Both the position numbers and the translations under genes were made by a program. Below are positions 62,601 through 64,000 of a DNA stretch of 64,000 bases, one piece after another (position 1 is the stretch's first letter; every line of letters starts with the position of its first letter). The DNA comes from Phoronis australis. Taxonomy: Eukaryota > Animalia > Phoronida. The stretch is from positions 478,669-542,668 of the forward strand of contig NMRA01000171.1 of the NCBI GenBank assembly GCA_002633005.1, in the 5' to 3' direction. Below the pieces are notes generated by a model, which did no database searches, was not told where the DNA came from, and saw only the letters and a list, made by a program, of their open reading frames with translations.

Positions 62601-63949
62601 GCAGGGCCTGCAAAACACTATTCATTCCATCAACTTGTGTTTCAGTTGGCAGAGTGGTGTTGTTGGCAAAGCCCAATCACACACTAATTATAGTGAGTTA
62701 GACTAAGTGCTGCTGGCAAGGTCTAGTGACAAAAACACCTCTCAGTCCACCTTTAGTAAACAATACACAACTGAGTTGTGATTCAGAGAGCTTTGCCAAC
62801 AGCATAGAATTGTTTATTAAAATGAGTTTGTAGTTGTCTAATTTAGAATCCAAAGAGTGCATTCAGCATGCCTTTAATCACATTTGCTTGTTACAGTTGG
62901 TAACTCACCAGGCGGGTCATCTTATGGCAGGGAAGCCTACTTCCCTGATGCGGTAAGTGGTTAGTTAGGCTTCTTCTAGGGATGTGCTCTGCAGCAGGTT
63001 TAAAGAATGATATTAAATTTCCACTTCTTTTTTGTAAAAGAAAAACGTAAAAGGAATTTGACTAAAAACCAGTATAATTTAAACTTTTTTATGCTCTTTC
63101 AACACTTTATTAAATGTTTTCACAATAACCAGAATTAAATATGGGATATTCAAAATTATGCTTGCATTTCTGATGGTGCCTCAACAAAATGGCCACCAAT
63201 GTTGAACAACATTAAACTTTACATCTCATTAATTTCCATTAAAAATTCAAATACATGCAGGGCTGCAATTTACAAAATGTTCCTATTTTGTGACATCTCT
63301 CTGTTGACAAAATTCTATTTGTGTGCTAAACTGTTGAATGTAAAGGAAAGAATGTCTTTAGTTTATGGCAAGAGGAAGGAAATCCTGAACAATCGGGCTG
63401 CTTAAAGTTTCTAGTTTTGAACAAGAAATATCATAAATTCGTGTAGTGTGCGGCCATCCCAAAGCTTTTGAGATAGTAATGGGGTACCGTGTTCAGAGAA
63501 GGGTGCACCACGCTCAAATTAAGTGGTCAAAAAGTAGTTCTCACAGGGCAAGACTTGGATTATTTATATCTATTTTATAGGAATTTTAAATTTGAGTACC
63601 ATTCAGGTGTATGTTTATTGAACTGAATGTGTGTTATGAATGTGACCAAGAGATGGATACAATGCAGAAAATGAAGTTGTGGCATCACTCAGATTGTTAT
63701 TGAAATTTTAATTTTTATGATTTACTGGACTGGCAGCTGGGTAATTTTTGTAGTTGCTCTTCAATATCTTAAACTATCCAGGAACTGTATGTATAATGCT
63801 TGTATTTTCTTCAGCTGCTGGATATGTGGCATCCATTAGAAAAAGCTCAGTACCCAGAATATTTTGCTCGACGAGAAAAACGCAAAGCAGAATATGTCGA
63901 GAGGTGGGAACAGAAATGGGGCGTAAAGGCGGAGCCTGATCACCATTGA
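56671..63949 (+). CDS. NDUFB9: NADH dehydrogenase [ubiquinone] 1 beta subcomplex subunit 9 (B22, LYR family); join(56671..56774,61122..61264,62897..62952,63815..63949), 145 aa
   Basis: The joined translation is LSHAQRVCRLYKKA...FRYHVVILRDRFEQNKNLRDMIAAKKLLEDGERELWKVQHPQP..F.NSPGGSSYGR...LLDMWHPLEKAQYPEYFARREKRK. This matches the NDUFB9 hallmarks (LYK/LYR motif, QHPQP, SPGG.SY.R, WHP.EKA.YP.YFA.RE). Splice phases 2,1,0 are compatible. Confidence 0.96.
57054..60545. mobile_element. Composite TIR element of about 3.5 kb (Harbinger-like ends) with nested MITE fragments, in NDUFB9 intron 1
   Basis: GGTTCCTATTCAATCCTTCCATATCTCTTACAAAAATGATCACACATGGATGA at about 57055 mirrors TCATCCATGTGTGATCGCTTTTGTAGGAAATATGAAGGATTGAATAGGGACC at about 60493-60544. 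Nested CAGGGCTC-type end at about 58182. TSD not clear. Confidence 0.65.
61879..62025 (+). repeat. Tandem repeat of about 50 bp, three copies, in NDUFB9 intron 2
   Basis: GAGCTAAAGTTATTTCAAAATCTCAACA starts at 61879, about 61933 and 61981. Confidence 0.9.
62470..62725 (+). repeat. Diverged minisatellite of about 55 bp, 4-5 copies, in NDUFB9 intron 2
   Basis: Recurrent GA.TGAGTGGTGTTGGCA...AAACACTATTCA units. Confidence 0.8.
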
Positions 63950-64000
63950 TAGACAGTTAATAGACTGTTGCTTTGTATTGGAATTAGTCTTCACTCAGAA

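Noticed and set aside
61879-62725. Regularly spaced repeats as a CRISPR array
   Set aside because: These are head-to-tail minisatellites without unique spacers, inside a eukaryotic intron, with no cas genes.

Overview
This is eukaryotic (animal) genomic DNA, not prokaryotic. It is AT-rich, has GT-AG introns and is dense in interspersed repeats; the repeat families suggest a marine invertebrate such as a mollusc, which is an inference only. Joining exons by hand and checking splice phases gave five spliced genes. (1) RCC1L/WBSCR16 (+, 2 coding exons, 468 aa). (2) An unrecognised 3-exon gene (-, about 210 aa, possible Ig/IPT-like fold). (3) A divergent ZNF341-like multi-C2H2 zinc-finger gene (+, 6 coding exons, about 1082 aa). 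(4) A BTB/POZ plus C2H2 zinc-finger gene (-, 8 coding exons, about 682 aa). (5) NDUFB9 (+, 4 exons, 145 aa), which is head-to-head with gene 4. The non-genic DNA holds a decayed CR1/L2-type LINE, an inverted pair of Penelope-like GIY-YIG fragments, a roughly 5.4 kb foldback-like palindromic element, a Kolobok-type element with TTAA target duplication, several Helentron-type (HINE/DINE-1-like) elements, hAT, Harbinger and unclassified MITEs, tRNA-like SINE heads and minisatellites. An 0.8 kb tandem duplication across a single N is most likely an assembly (haplotype) artefact. Most short ORFs in the supplied track are spurious. No CRISPR array, rRNA or intact tRNA was seen. The best candidates for something undescribed are the orphan gene, the foldback element and a pre-miRNA-sized hairpin; none is proven. 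All family assignments come from motif recall, not database searches.
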